A stretch of DNA of 64,000 bases from the human T2T-CHM13v2.0 reference genome, Homo sapiens. Both the position numbers and the translations under genes were made by a program. Under the pieces are notes generated by a model. That model saw only the letters and a list, made by a program, of their open reading frames with translations, made no database searches and had not been told where the DNA came from. Where the stretch lies: assembly GCF_009914755.1 (NCBI RefSeq), contig NC_060947.1, one strand, 5' to 3'. Shown here one piece after another: positions 1 through 14,347 of this stretch; positions within the stretch are counted from its first letter, which is position 1, and each line of letters begins with the position of its first letter.

Positions 1-479
1 CAAGGGGAAATGGGGCTCAGCCTGCTGCCTTGCCCCTCTGCTGCCTTGCCCTTTCTGGCCTGAGGCCTGAGCACAGATGAGAACCTTGTTTCCAGGTTCA
101 CTGGGAACACAGGCTAGCTGCAATAGACCACTAAACTTCCTTCATGTCCCTACCAACAATACTGTCTACTCGAAACCATCCTTGTGCATCCTTCTTCTCA
201 TACCTCGGTTTTGCCCTTGGACCCCACCCCTTCCTTTCAGGCTCCTTGAGGACCTTGTCACATCAAGCCATCAACTGTAGATTCCGTACTGTATCTTTAA
301 CCCCACCTATTCCATTGATCCCTCCTAGCAGCACAGAAATGACTCCTTCTCATTAAAAACAAAAGCCCCGAAACCAGATAAACCCACCCCATCCTTTGAT
401 CCAAGACCCCTCTTAGCCTCAGGTTTCTCTCTGCGAGACAGTAATGAATATGCAAGCCCCTACTATCTCATCTACCATT

Positions 480-1690
480 CCCAGCTTCCTTGTGATCTGG
501 CCTCCACCCCCATGACCACCAGAAGACAGCTTTCATCAAAGTCACCGATAACCGGGAGGCAGCAAAAACACTTCAACTGGCATCCTACTGATACTGTGGA
601 TGACTCTTTCCTTTTTGCTCCCCTCCTCCTGGCCATCTAGATCCCACCATACAGTCTTGGAGCCCTCTGGAGTGTTCTGGTAATTCCTTCTGTCTCCTTT
701 TCCCCCTCCTTAAATGGTGATGCTCCGCAGAGCCACAAACTCAGTCTTCTCTCCCGACTAGGAAGACAGACACACAAACACACATATTTTCACTCACCCG
801 CTGCACCCTGGACTGGGGGAGAAGAAATTTCAACCAGACCCTTGGTCTGCATTATTACCTCCTTCATGGTTAGTTCTCACATCTGTCTCCAACTTAGCCT
901 TCCTGCTGCATAGCAGACCCAGCTGTGCATAGGCCACTCGGCTCTCCTAAAGGCACCTCAAATGAAGCCAGTCCCAAATAGAGATCATTATCGCCTGCAC
1001 TTAGAACCTTGTATCTCCTCTTTCTATAGCCTCCCATGTCACTTTCTATGGCCTCCCATGTCACTTTCTATGGCCTCCCATGTCACTTTCTATGGCCTCC
1101 CATGTCACTTTCTATGGCCTCCCATGTCACTTTCTATGGCCTCCCATGTCACTTTCTATGGCCTCCCATGTCACTTTCTATAGCCTCCCATGTCACTTTC
1201 TATAGCCTCCCATGTCACTTTCTATGGCCTCCCATGTCACTATGGCCTCCCATGTCACTTTCTATGGCCTCCCTTGTCACTTTCTATGGCCTCCCATGTC
1301 ACTTTCTATGGCCTCCCATGTCACTTTCTATGGCCTCCCATGTCACTTTCTATAGCCTCCCATGTCACTTTCTATAGCCTCCCATGTCACTTGGAGGCAC
1401 AACAGTGGTCTCATTTCTCAAGCCATGAGCCCGGGAATCACCCTGCATTCTTTTTCCCACACTGTCACGTTCAGTCACCACATCCTGTCCACTGTAAAGT
1501 CCAGATTTCTCCTGAATCCCGTGCCCACTTCCTATCCTGATGATGACTGCCTAGTGAGGCCTTCTTCGGCACCATCCGCCTACCACTTCAGCAACCCCTT
1601 ACTAACCTCCCGCCTCCAGCCCAAATGCCCTGCAGGCTGCTCCTCACTCTGGTAAAGTACATTCTTGCCCACAAAATTGAAATCTGGGAC
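480..1690 (+). mobile_element. Degenerate L2 LINE fragment hosting the VNTR
   Basis: Pyrimidine-rich L2-like segments (e.g. ggcacctcaaatgaagccagtcccaaa; cctgaatcccgtgcccacttcc); boundaries approximate. Confidence 0.45.
1021..1390. repeat. 22-bp VNTR (TTTCTATGGCCTCCCATGTCAC) x17 in TMEM185A intron 3
   Basis: 17 near-identical units, one with a 4-nt deletion; G/A variant at unit position 8; explains the repetitive ORFs at 962-1655. Confidence 0.95.
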
Positions 1691-2679
1691 CAGGCCCAGA
1701 GCTTCCCAAAAGTTCTCAGTACATAGGTACATGGGGAATTTAGTAATTCCTCCATAGACCTCTAGGCCAAAAGAAATCCCTAATGTGGCTGGGAATGCCA
1801 ACAGTTGCACTGATTTAAGTAATTACATCTAACTTAGTAAGTATTTCTAAGTAGCCACTAGAAAAAATAATTCATATAAATCTAAAGAAAAATGTTAATA
1901 TTATTCTTAAATAACCAAAACTAATTCCCAGTGGGATGCGTGTGCCTGTCAGGTAGCTCACCATTTCCCACGCCTTGGAATCAGACAAGGTGCTCCCACT
2001 CGTTACCTGTTCTTCACCCGGATTTTCACACAGCATTAGCCTTTTTTGTTTTCACAGCAACTGCTGAAAACCCAGCTTCTTAAAGATACGACGTCACTGA
2101 AAGGAATGCAGTGTGGCCTAAAAATAAACCTGTAAACTATTTCAAGCTAGTAGTTTGTATGGTGTCCCAACAAATGTCAGGTATTACTGTTTTCCTCAAA
2201 ATGTCCACTATCCCCTGGTGCCCTGTGAGTGCACTGGGGTGCCTGGGGCACTTCAGCACATGCTCTGTGGGCTGAGGACGTGGCCCCTATTTGCCCCAAT
2301 CCCTCTGTAGAGGCTCCCTCTCTTCTCAACTCCCACAGTTCCTTCCTTTCCACCTTGTGCTCCCGTCGGATCTGAATCGCCACAGTCCACTCAGCTGATG
2401 GAGTGTTTCCTGCCTCTAGGCTTCAATGTGTCCCAAAAATGCCATCCCTTCCCTCCCAACACAGGGCTTCCTGGCAGACCCTCAACTCCTCCTTCCCATC
2501 TCTGTATGAGCCTACTCCAGACCACCCCCTCACCAACATAGGTACTGTTCTTGCATCACAGGAGGAGGGAGCTCAGCTCCTGGTATGTTGTTTCTTCCAA
2601 GGGCAGGAATGCCTAGAGTGTGAATATATGAAAGACTTACTTTCTGTAATTCAGGCCCAATGCAGTCCTAGTCCTTGTA

Positions 2680-2766
2680 TAGTTGTCCCTCAGTATCTGT
2701 GGGGGATTGGTTCCAGGACCCCCTGTGGATACCAAAATCCATGGATGCTCAAGTCCCTGATATAAA
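2680..2766. mobile_element. MER2-like Tigger DNA transposon end fragment
   Basis: gtccctcagtatctgtgggggattggttccaggacccc...gatgctcaagtccc resembles MER2. Confidence 0.65.
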
Positions 2767-3189
2767 CTGGGAATTGTAGGGAGGGTGAAAGTGGACCATC
2801 AGATACTCTCCCTCCACGGCTCACTCCTACCTACCACTATACCCATGCTGTGGCCTTTCCACCAGCATGAAAATCAGGGAATAGCTCCCCTTGTTCAAGG
2901 CCAAACCCTTCCTGGTGCTCTAGGTCCCATTCTCCCTGAGTCCCACAGGGCCTTGCTCCATCACCGTCCCTCTGTCTACATACCTTCCCCTCACGCCCAT
3001 ACCTGGGGTCTAGGCTTATATGCCTGACCCACCCTACAGCTGCTATGTTTACTTCCTAAGCCAACTGCAGTCTTCTCCCTTCACTCTTCATCCACACGGC
3101 TCAAAACCAGGCATCTACAGCCTCTAGTTCTCCCCTCAACCCATCAGTATTCAGCTTTGGGCCCTCAGCTTCTATGCAGTTATGTAGTT

Positions 3190-3385
3190 ATGTGCCCGGG
3201 CTTTAGAGTCGGGCTGACTCAAACGGAATCCTGGTCCTGCCCCTTCACATGTGGCCATGAACAAATGACTTATCTTCTCTGGACCTACCTCACAGAGTTA
3301 GTTAGTAAGAAAACTACCACATGTAATGTGCCTCGCACAATGCCTGGCACACAGTAAGTGCTCAATAAACGTTATCTGCAATTAC
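3190..3385 (+). mobile_element. MIR SINE
   Basis: cctggcacacagtaagtgctcaataaa 3' motif and a MIR core-like segment. Confidence 0.6.
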
Positions 3386-3570
3386 TTTCATTACTATTAT
3401 TACTAGTCCTGGTATTTTATTCATCTGCATATCCTCTATGCTTAGGGAAAAAGGGCTTGGCATCTAGTAAATACTTGATAAATGTTTATTGAATGAATAA
3501 ACAAACACAGGGGCACATCAGGATAAGCTAACCAGACAGCAGGGGAGGTGCTAAATCATGGGGTCTGAGG

Positions 3571-3930
3571 TGGGGAGATGGTCAGTTTTGAGTGTCAACT
3601 TGGCTGGGCTATAGTACCCAGTTATTTAATCAAACACTAAGCTTGCTGTTGCAGTGAAGGTACTGACTTTGAATAAAGGAGACTACCCTCCATAGCATGG
3701 GTGGGCCTCATGCAATCAGGTGAAGGCCTTAAAAGCAAAAACTGTGGTTTCCTGGAGAGGAAAAAATTCTGTGCCAGGACTGCAGTGTCAACTCCTCCTA
3801 GGTCTCCAGCCTGTTCACCTGCCCTGGAGATTTCAGACTTGCCAGCCCCACAGTAATGTGAGCCAGTTCCTTAACTCTCTTTATACATATATCTGTATCT
3901 AACCTATCAGTTCTGTTTCTGTCTGATTGA
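3571..3930 (+). mobile_element. MLT2-family LTR (ERVL)
   Basis: gatggtcagttttgagtgtcaacttggctgggc start; gtgagccagttcctt...cctatcagttctgtttct end. Confidence 0.65.
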
Positions 3931-4100
3931 TACAGGATGTGAAGCTGGGAGAAGGCTGATGTCCTGGGTGAAAAGCTAGTGTTCTAAGTGAAGAAAGAAA
4001 AATTGTTATTTCCATCATCTTTTGTTGCCTTGTTGTCTCATGATGTAGAGTTGGTAATGATCAAGCTCTTCCTAACAAAGGGTAAGAAATTGACATCTGA

Positions 4101-4672
<572 letters not shown>

Positions 4673-5951
4673 TCAGAATCTCCACTATAAGCAAGCAGTT
4701 CAGGGCAAATACCAACTTATATTTATACTTTGAATTTTACTTGAAAATTTGACAAAAGCAAAGGGAAATCAGGTAGAAAGCTAACTTAAACCTAAGCTTT
4801 GGTAGGCAATCTCTGAAACATCGAAGAACTACTACATAATACAAAATGAACATTACAACCAAACCAGAATTTAATGTTTTAACCGTATAAGGATATTCTC
4901 AAAAGTAATAGCCAGTTCTTATTTCCCTGACAATGTACATAAACACTTCTGTTCACATCTTTAAATTCAACAACAAGAGTTACTTCCAAGATTATTCAAG
5001 CTGATTTGCTTCTGCTGCTAAAACCAGGCAAATACCCCTTAAGTCTCATGATCCTCATTTTTCAAGAAACCATGTAAACCACCCTTCACACAATATTATA
5101 AAAATAACTCTAGTTCTATGAACAAGTGCCAGTTATATTTCAAGATAGTAGTAACTATTGTTAGGTGCTATTTTTAAATGCAAATAAAACGTATAAATGA
5201 TTTTCATTTTCCTTTCTATTCCATTAAGATAAATTAACACCTGCACATGAAAGAGAAAGAAGAACAAGAGTTAAAACTGTTCTCAAACAAAATCAGTTTA
5301 ATTAGCTAAGTATCATGCACAATAACCTTAACAGATCTACAATTGAGCAATGGTAAGGCCGCTAATCAGGAAAAGGCTCTATAATGCATCTGAAAGGCCT
5401 ACAATGTTTATTCAAAATACAGATGAACATTTATGATATACATGTATTGTGGGTGACAAATACACCGGAAGTTAGATCATAGAGAAAATGCTATCAGAGG
5501 TTATTCCTGTAGGACCCAACCATGTTCCACTGGTTAATGTTAACATGAGAATGACCACGCCTGTACATTCCTTACATTCAACCCCACATACACAATTCCT
5601 TTCCTTGCTCAAAACATCTTAAATAAGACCAACAAAGAGAAGTTTGAATATATTCTAAATATCAATTAGTAGAACCTAAATGTTTATTTAACTTTGCATT
5701 CTTTGAGAAGCAATTAATATTAGATATCTGAAAATATCTCATAAAAAAATAAAACACATACAGCCACACAGGTCATCAATCTTTCAAAAAAAATCTAAGA
5801 ACTCTGAAACAGCTATACATGAATGTCCCTCACCTGCCAAGGCTCTCTGTGTAACTGTTTTACAGTTCTTAGACATGTATGTGATATGTAATTTACACAA
5901 TCTGAATCATTTTCATATTTAGTAAACAAAAATTTAAAAAGTTGATGTAGT

Positions 5952-6258
<307 letters not shown>

Positions 6259-7084
6259 GTGCGGTAGTTTCAACTTTACACTTTTCCCACATGAGCAGCT
6301 GCCTTCTGGGAATTCCTGTACTCCTCATTTTCCCAGTGGAGGTTCATAATAGCCTCCCAGTCTTAAGTCCCCCTTTTTCCCTTTATGTAGTTACAGTCTC
6401 TGTGGCAGAGAAGGGAAAGACTCTCGCAGGTCCCAGCAACAAGCAGGTTGCATGCTGGCGTGAGCCAACTCCCAGGAATTTGGGCCAGCGGAGGCATCCA
6501 AGAGCAGGGAGGGCAAGAGTTGGAAACGGTAAAGGGTACCCCTCTCCCCTGCCCCCAAAGGCTCTGCTTTCCTTCTCGGCATCCAATCTTTGACTTTCCT
6601 CATTCCCCAGCTGCTGTCTCAGGGACTCATGGTCTCCTGGTCAAGCCACCTCCCCTACACTGCTAATAGTCCTAAAGCTCTGGGACTAGGAGGGTGGGAC
6701 AAGGGGAGCCCCAGTTCCAAAACTGTATTGGAGAAAGATCTTTCATGACCAAACATAATATGAGTGTCTTTTCCTAAAAACAGGGTGGTTTCATGCTGCT
6801 TAGTCTAGTATGGCATACCAGTTCTGTATTTTGGGTGCATTTTGGATTATATAGGCATCTGTGAGCTGGCTGGCAACTTACCCCCAAATGGCACTGCTTT
6901 TGTAAGAAAATACATACCAAAGACTAAATTTTCAAAAACACAGAAGAGATCTGTTAGCTTATACTATAGTTCTAAGACCCCAGATAGGTAGAAAATAAAA
7001 TGGTCCTTACTTCATCAAAAGTGAGAAAAGTCAAGATATTGCTCCCTCATGCTAGAGACCAATGGGTTGTATAAAGCAGTATTA

Positions 7085-7282
<198 letters not shown>

Positions 7283-7899
7283 TTAAGAAGGATTCACTTT
7301 TACAAATATGTGATACTGAAATGGGGAGTAATAAGAGCCACATTTGTCAGCATGTAAAAGGAGTCACTAACTCAATAATCATTTATTGAAAAGGTCTATG
7401 GGGCAGACATAATGTGTTGGGAATAAAAGAAACATAAAGAAGACTAAAATAAGTCTCCTGCTTTCCAAGGCTTCCTCATAGAAGGAAGACCACACAGAAA
7501 CATATAATACAGCACAATGTTTGTGATGAGAGCTTGGAAGAGGAAATACAGACTGTGTCTGAGGAGGCACTCAGAAGCAGAGATGTGGTGACCCTAGAGC
7601 TGGTTCCAGAGGGCAAGTAGGAAGCTGCCAGGCAGGAAAGCAAGTGAGATGAGGAAGTATTCCAGGCAGAAGGAACTAGCTATACCAAGACACAGAGACT
7701 GGAAAAGGCTGACATGCTCTGAAAATGGTCAAGTTCTATCACTAACTGATTCTATTTCTAAAAAGGCAGCCATCTGTCATATTCATATGGCATGAACATT
7801 TTAGTGTATGTATTATACTTTCCATGAATGAATAAATTACACATACACACATGCTCACGTCTCATATAAAAGGGAATTGCTACAGAGGATGTCCTTGAA

Positions 7900-10800
7900 A
7901 TAATTAGAAATTATACTCTTGAGGACCTCTATTTCCAGCCTTGACTTAATAATAGGAATATAATTTACCTTCCCGCCTAAATAAGAAGCTTGATACAGTC
8001 TACAAAAGAACAGTTTTCAGACATTGACAACAGGCAGTGGAGAACAGGTGAGAAGGAGGAAATAAAGGAGGTAAACCCTACTATTGCCCCAGTTTGCAGA
8101 TCAGAGGCAGTTTCCAGGCTGCAGCAAGAAAACAGTTAAAACTCAACCCTGTCAATAACTATATTAAATATAAATGGCCAACTGAAAGACAAAGATGATC
8201 AGATTGGATAAGTAAGCAAGACAACTATATGCTGTCTGTAAGAATCCCACTTTATCTATCTATAAAGACACAGATAGATTAAAAGCAAAAGGAAAGAAAA
8301 AGTTATACCAAATAAACACTAACCAAAAGAAAGCTGGAATGACTATATTAATATCTGTTTAGTCTTCCATTGCTGCTGTAACAAATTACCACAAACTTAG
8401 CAGCTTAAAACAACGTAAATTTATTATCTCACAGTTCTATATGACAAAAGGCGAGACGGGCTTGGTTGGTTTCTCTACTCAGAATCTCACAAGGCTGAAA
8501 TAAAGATGTCTGTTGGTGGAATGCTTATCAGGGGACTCTGGCAGAATCTACTTCTAAGCTCATTCAGGTTGTTGGCAGAATCCAGTTTCTTGTGGTTGTA
8601 GGACTGAGGTATGTGTCTCTTTGCTTGCTGTCACGCAGCAGCTGATCTTGCGATAGTAGGGGCCTCTCCTGGGTCCTTGTAAATAGGCCCCTACATCTCA
8701 AAGCCAGTAACAAGCTATAGCATATTCAATCTTTCTCATGCTTGGGATGTTTTCTCACTACTTCTGCCATATCGCTTCTGCTTCCACTGAGAGAAAGTTC
8801 TCCGCTTTTAAGAGTTCATGTGATGAAACTGAGTCCACCTGGTTAAGCCAGGCTACTCTCCCTATTTTAAGGTCCATAACTGTGGTTGGTAGGCAGAATT
8901 CTAAAGAAGTTTCCCAGGATTCCTGTCCCCTGATTATTCAATCAAACACTAATCTGAGTAATACTGTGAAGGGACTTTGCAGATGGAATTAAGGTTACTA
9001 ATCAGCTAACTTTACAATAGGAAGATTATACTGGATTATCCAGGTGTGCCCAGTGTAATCACATAAGCCCTTAAGAAAGCAGAAGAGTAAGTCAGAGAAA
9101 TGTGGTGGAAGAGAGATGAGGCAGAAGTCAGAGAGATTCCAGACTTGAGAAGGATTCAGCCTGTTACTTCTGGCTTTGAACATGGAGGTAAGGAACCATG
9201 AGCCAAGGAATGCAGGCAGGCTTCAGAAGCTGAGAATAACTCGCAGCTGACAGCCAGCAAGGTAAATGGGACCTCAGCCCTACAACCCCAAGGAACTAAA
9301 TTCTGACAATAGCCCAAATGTGCTTGAAAGCAGATTAATCCCTGGAGGCTCCAGAAAGGAATAGAGCCCTCCTGACACTTTGATTTTGACCCTGTGAAAC
9401 TAGGCAGAAGACCCATCTGAGTTGTGCTGTACCCGGACTTCTGACCTAAAGAACTGAGAGTAATTTGTCATGGTAACAGCAGAAACGAATGCTAATAAAT
9501 ATAGCTTCAAAGTCCCCTTTGCCATGTAAAATAATAACATATTCACAGGTTTCAGGGCTTAGGGCCTGGGTATCTGTGTATTTGTGGGGGTGGGGCATTC
9601 TGCCTACCACAACATAAGACACAGTATATTTTTGAACAAGGACTATTTCCAGGGACAAATAGAGGTAGTTCATAATGATAAAGGGGTCAATTTGTCATAT
9701 GCCTAATAACAAAGTTTCACAATACATGTAGAAAGTACTGATCAATCTAAAAGGAGAAATAAAAAAATCAAACTGTTATAAATGGAAATTAACATTCCTT
9801 TCTTAGTAACTAATAGAACACATAAACAGAAAATTACTAAGGATATATATGATTGTAGCAACACTATCAACCAACTTGACCTAATTAATATTAATGAGTT
9901 CCTCCCAACAAAAGCAAAATACAGATTCCTTTCAAACACACACGGAACATTCACCAAGATAGATTGAATTCTGGGCCATAAAACAAAGCTCAACAAATTT
10001 AAAAGGACTGAAATCATACAAAGTAAACAAGCACAATGGAGTCAAACTAGAAATCAACAATAGAAAAATATCTGGAAAATTCTCAAAATACTTGAAAATT
10101 AAATGCCACACTGCGAAATAATCCATAGGTCAAAGACTATGAAGAAAATTGAAAAATATTTTGGACTAAAGGCAAAAACACAATATACCAAAATTTGTGA
10201 GATACACTAAAGCAGTACTTAAGGGAAATTTTAGCATCAAATACTTACATTAGAAAAGATATCAAGTCAATAATCTAAGATTCTATCTTATGAAACTAGA
10301 AAGAACATGGAGGTAAGGAACCTCCATGTAAGAAACGGAAGGAAATTTGTAAAAAGTAAATGGAAAGAAGAAAATGATAAATGTAAGCACATTAATCAAT
10401 AAAATACAGTAAAAAGGGATTAGAGAAAAAAATCAATGAAACTAAAAGCAGTTTCTTTGAGAAAGTAAGAAAATTGGTAAATCTACAGCCAGAATAATCA
10501 GTAAAAAAGAGTAGGCTCAAATTACTAATATCAAGAATGAAAACAGGGATATCACTACAAATCCTAATAATACTAAAGGGATAAGTAGGGGATATTATAA
10601 ACAACTTTATGCCAGGAAATTTCTTGAAACAAAGACATGGAAACTGCAATTCTAGTTAAAACCTTTTTCAGAAAGAAAATGTCAGGCCATGGCAAAATCT
10701 ACCAAACATTTAATGAGGAAATACCACCAATTCTTCACAAACTCTTGCAAAAAAGATGAGGGGGGAACATTTCCCAATTTATTTTATGAAGCCAGCATTA

Positions 10801-13800
10801 CCCTGATAACAAAACTGACAAAGAAAGAAAACTACAGACCAATATCTCTCATGAACAGAGATGCAAAAATCCTGAAAAGATTTTAGCCAACTGAATTCAG
10901 CAATATATAAGGATACTACATTACGACTAGGTGTGGTTTAGCTAGGATTGCAAGATTGCAATCTTGGATTAACATTTGAAAATCAGTTAGCAACCTTCGT
11001 GGTATTAGCAGGCTGAAAAAGAAAAATCATATGATCATCTCAATAGTTGTGTAAAAAGCATTTGACGTAATTTGCTACCCATTCAAGTTAAAAGCGTTAA
11101 ACAAATTAGGAAAAGAAGAGCATCTATGAAAAACCTGCAGTTATAATGCTTAATGGTGAGAGACTCAATACTTTCCCCTTAAGACAGGAAACACAGCAAG
11201 TATGTCCACTTCAACACATCTATTCAACATTGTACTAAAGGTCCTAGCCACAACAATAAGATGATAAAAAGAAATTAAAAGAATATAGTTTTAAAAGAAA
11301 GAAGTAAACCTGTCATTATCTATAGGCAACATGATATTCCGTGTAGGAAATCCTAAGTAATCTAAAAAAAAGCTAGTAGATCTAGTAAGTGAATTTAACA
11401 AAATTGAAGGACACAAGGTAAATTTACAAAAATTATTGCATTTCTATATAGTAGCTATCACAAATTGGAAACAGAAATTTAAAAATATGTATCATTTACT
11501 GCAACTTTCCTATAAATTTATAACTATTCAAAAATTAAAAGTTTATGAAAAAATCCACCATTTACAATAGCATCACAAATATAAAACACTTAGGGATAAA
11601 TGTAACAACATATATGCAAAACCTATATACTGAAACCTACAAAACACTGGTAGGACTGTGGGGAAGCTAATAAACAACAGAAATTTATTCCTCACAGTTC
11701 CAGAGGCTGGAAGTTGGAGATCAGGATGCCAGCATGGCTGGGTTCTGGCGAGGGCTGCCTTCTGGGTGGCAGATGGCAGACTTCTCAATACCCTTCACAT
11801 GGTGAAAAGAGAGTGAGTTAGCTCTCTGGTCTCTTTTTATAAGGGCACTAGTTCCAACCATGAGGGTTCCACCCTCATAACCTAATCACCTCCCAAATGC
11901 CCCACCTCCAAATACCATCACACTGGGGACTAGAGTCAACTTGTGATTTTTAAAGGGACACATTCAGTTCATAACTGCCAAGAAAAATTAAAGATCTAAA
12001 TAAATGGAGACATATACTGTGTTCATAGAACACTCAATACTGTTAAGATTTACATCCTCTGTGTATTAGTTTCCTATGGGTGCTGTAACAAACTACCACA
12101 AAATTGGTGACTTAAAATGGCACACATTTATTATCCTGAGGCCAGAGGTCCAAAAAGGGTTTCACTGGGCTAAAACCAAGATGTCAGCAGGACCTACTCC
12201 TTCTGGAGACTCTATGGGAGAATCTATTACTTGTTTTTTTCCAGTTTCCAGAGCTGTATTCCCTTGGCTCATGGCCCCTTTCTCTATCATCAAAACCAGC
12301 TGCATAAAATCTTCAAATCTCTGTCTCTGTTTCCACCACACTGCCTTCTCCTCTTAATATTATCTCCCTCTTTTAAGGGAACCTGTGATTGATTGCATTT
12401 ATTGCCCCACTTGGATAACCCCATCATCTCAAGATCTTTAACAGGTTCCATGGAAGTGGGTATCTTTGTGGGTCATGATTTAGCCTACCACACACACCAA
12501 ATTAACCAAATTATTTTAAAGAATCAATGCAATCCCAGCGAAAATTGGGAGCCAGCAGGTTCTTCTGTAGAAATTGACATACTGACTTTAAAAGTCATAT
12601 GACAGTGCAAAGGACCTAGAATGGGCAAAACAATTCTGAAAAAGAACAAAGTTGGACAATTTATACTACATGCTTTCAAAGCTTACTATAAAGCTACAGT
12701 AATAAACACAATGTAGTACTGGCATAAGAATAGATATATAGAACGTACTAGAGAGTTGGAAAACAGACCCATACATATAGAGTCAGTTAATTTTCCACAA
12801 AGGTGCCAAAACAACTCAATGGAGAAATAATTATGTTTCAATAAATGGTGGTACAACTGGATAAATGAGGAAAGTACACCTTGACTCTTAACCTTATAAC
12901 ATATACAAAAATTTATGTGACATGGATCATAGACCTAAATGTCATACACAAAACTATAAAATGTCCAAAACACATATGAAAAAAAAATACTTGCAACCTA
13001 CGGTTAGGCAAACATTTCTTAGATGGGATATGAAATTGGACTTCTCCAAAATGAAAAACTCTTACTCTCCAAAAGATACCTATCATTAACAAAATGACAG
13101 CCAAGCCACAAACTGGGAGACCATACTCTGAAAACACGTATCTGACAAAGTAACCTGTATCCAGTATATAAAAAGGACTTTTACAACTAAAAAAATAAGT
13201 GAACAACCCGATTTAAAATGGCCAAAAAATTCAGAGACATCCCATCAAAGAAGGCATACAAAAAGCAAATAAGCACACAAAAAATACTCAGTATTTTCAG
13301 ATGTTAGGACAATGCAAACTAAAACGACAATGAGATAAGATTACACACACACTAGATCTCTTATATATGCTGGTGGGAATGCAAAATAGTACAGCCACTT
13401 TAGAAAACATTTTGGAAGTTTCTTATACAGTTAAGTGTATACTTATTCTATGGCCCAGCAATCCCACACCTAGGTATTTTACTCAAGAAAAAGGAAAACG
13501 TATGTCCACACAAAGGCCTGTATTCAAATATTCCAAGAAGCTTTATTCATAATTGCCACTGGTAACAACTCACACATCCATAAACTGGTGAATGGTTAAC
13601 TGAATTTTGATATATCCGTTCAATGGAATACTAATCAGCAGTAAAAAGTAACAAACTATGGATGACAACAACAACATTGATGAATCTAAAATGCACTATA
13701 AGTAAAATAATTCAGATGGAAAACACAAGATAGTGTACAATGCTACTTATTTGACATTCTGGAAAGGGCAAAACTCTAGACACAGAAAAACAGATCAGTG
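7900..13800 (+). mobile_element. Old L1M element (ORF2 remnants), antisense to TMEM185A, interrupted by several MaLR LTRs (~8355-9610 nested MLT1, ~11655-11975, ~12061-12490)
   Basis: ORF fragments with L1 ORF2 motifs (THGTFTKID; [15 protein letters not shown]...[16 protein letters not shown]); MLT1-type motifs in the interruptions. Confidence 0.8.
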
Positions 13801-14347
13801 CGGTTACAGATAAGGAACAGAAAGCTCAGATGTTAAATAACTTGTCTAAGAGCTCAGAGTTGGGAGTCAAACCATTTGACTCCAAAATCCTTCTAATTGA
13901 GTATTATACTATACCGGCTTTACACTGATAAATGAACATGTTTAGAAAAGCATCTGTATAAATATCTGCTGAGCAGCTAACAGGTCTCCACTCGGGAAGA
14001 TTAAGGATAGTCTTTATACTCTTTTGCTTATGATATCTGAGTTTTCTGTAAGGTACGTGTACTGTTTTTGTACTATGAAAAATAACATAAGAAACTTCGA
14101 TTGGAAAAAAGGGAGGAGGGTTGTAAGAAGACTGGACCTACAAAATTAAACTTGGAAGCAAGCCTCCCAGAGAGAAAACTACGCTGGGAAGATCATGAGA
14201 TTCAGAGGGGTTGCTAAAAAAATATACATAGCATCATTGTGTCATGGTATTCTTACCCATAAAGTTAGGGCAATAATATGTACCTCATAAGGTGGCTACG
14301 AATATAAGATAATGAGTATAACAAGTGCTTTGTATAAAGCACTAAAT

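Noticed and set aside
1021-1390. CRISPR-like array
   Set aside because: Units are contiguous with no unique spacers; eukaryotic minisatellite
962-1655. Several overlapping ORFs with repeating peptide (MSLSMASHVTFYGLPCHFLWPP)
   Set aside because: Translation artefact of the 22-bp VNTR
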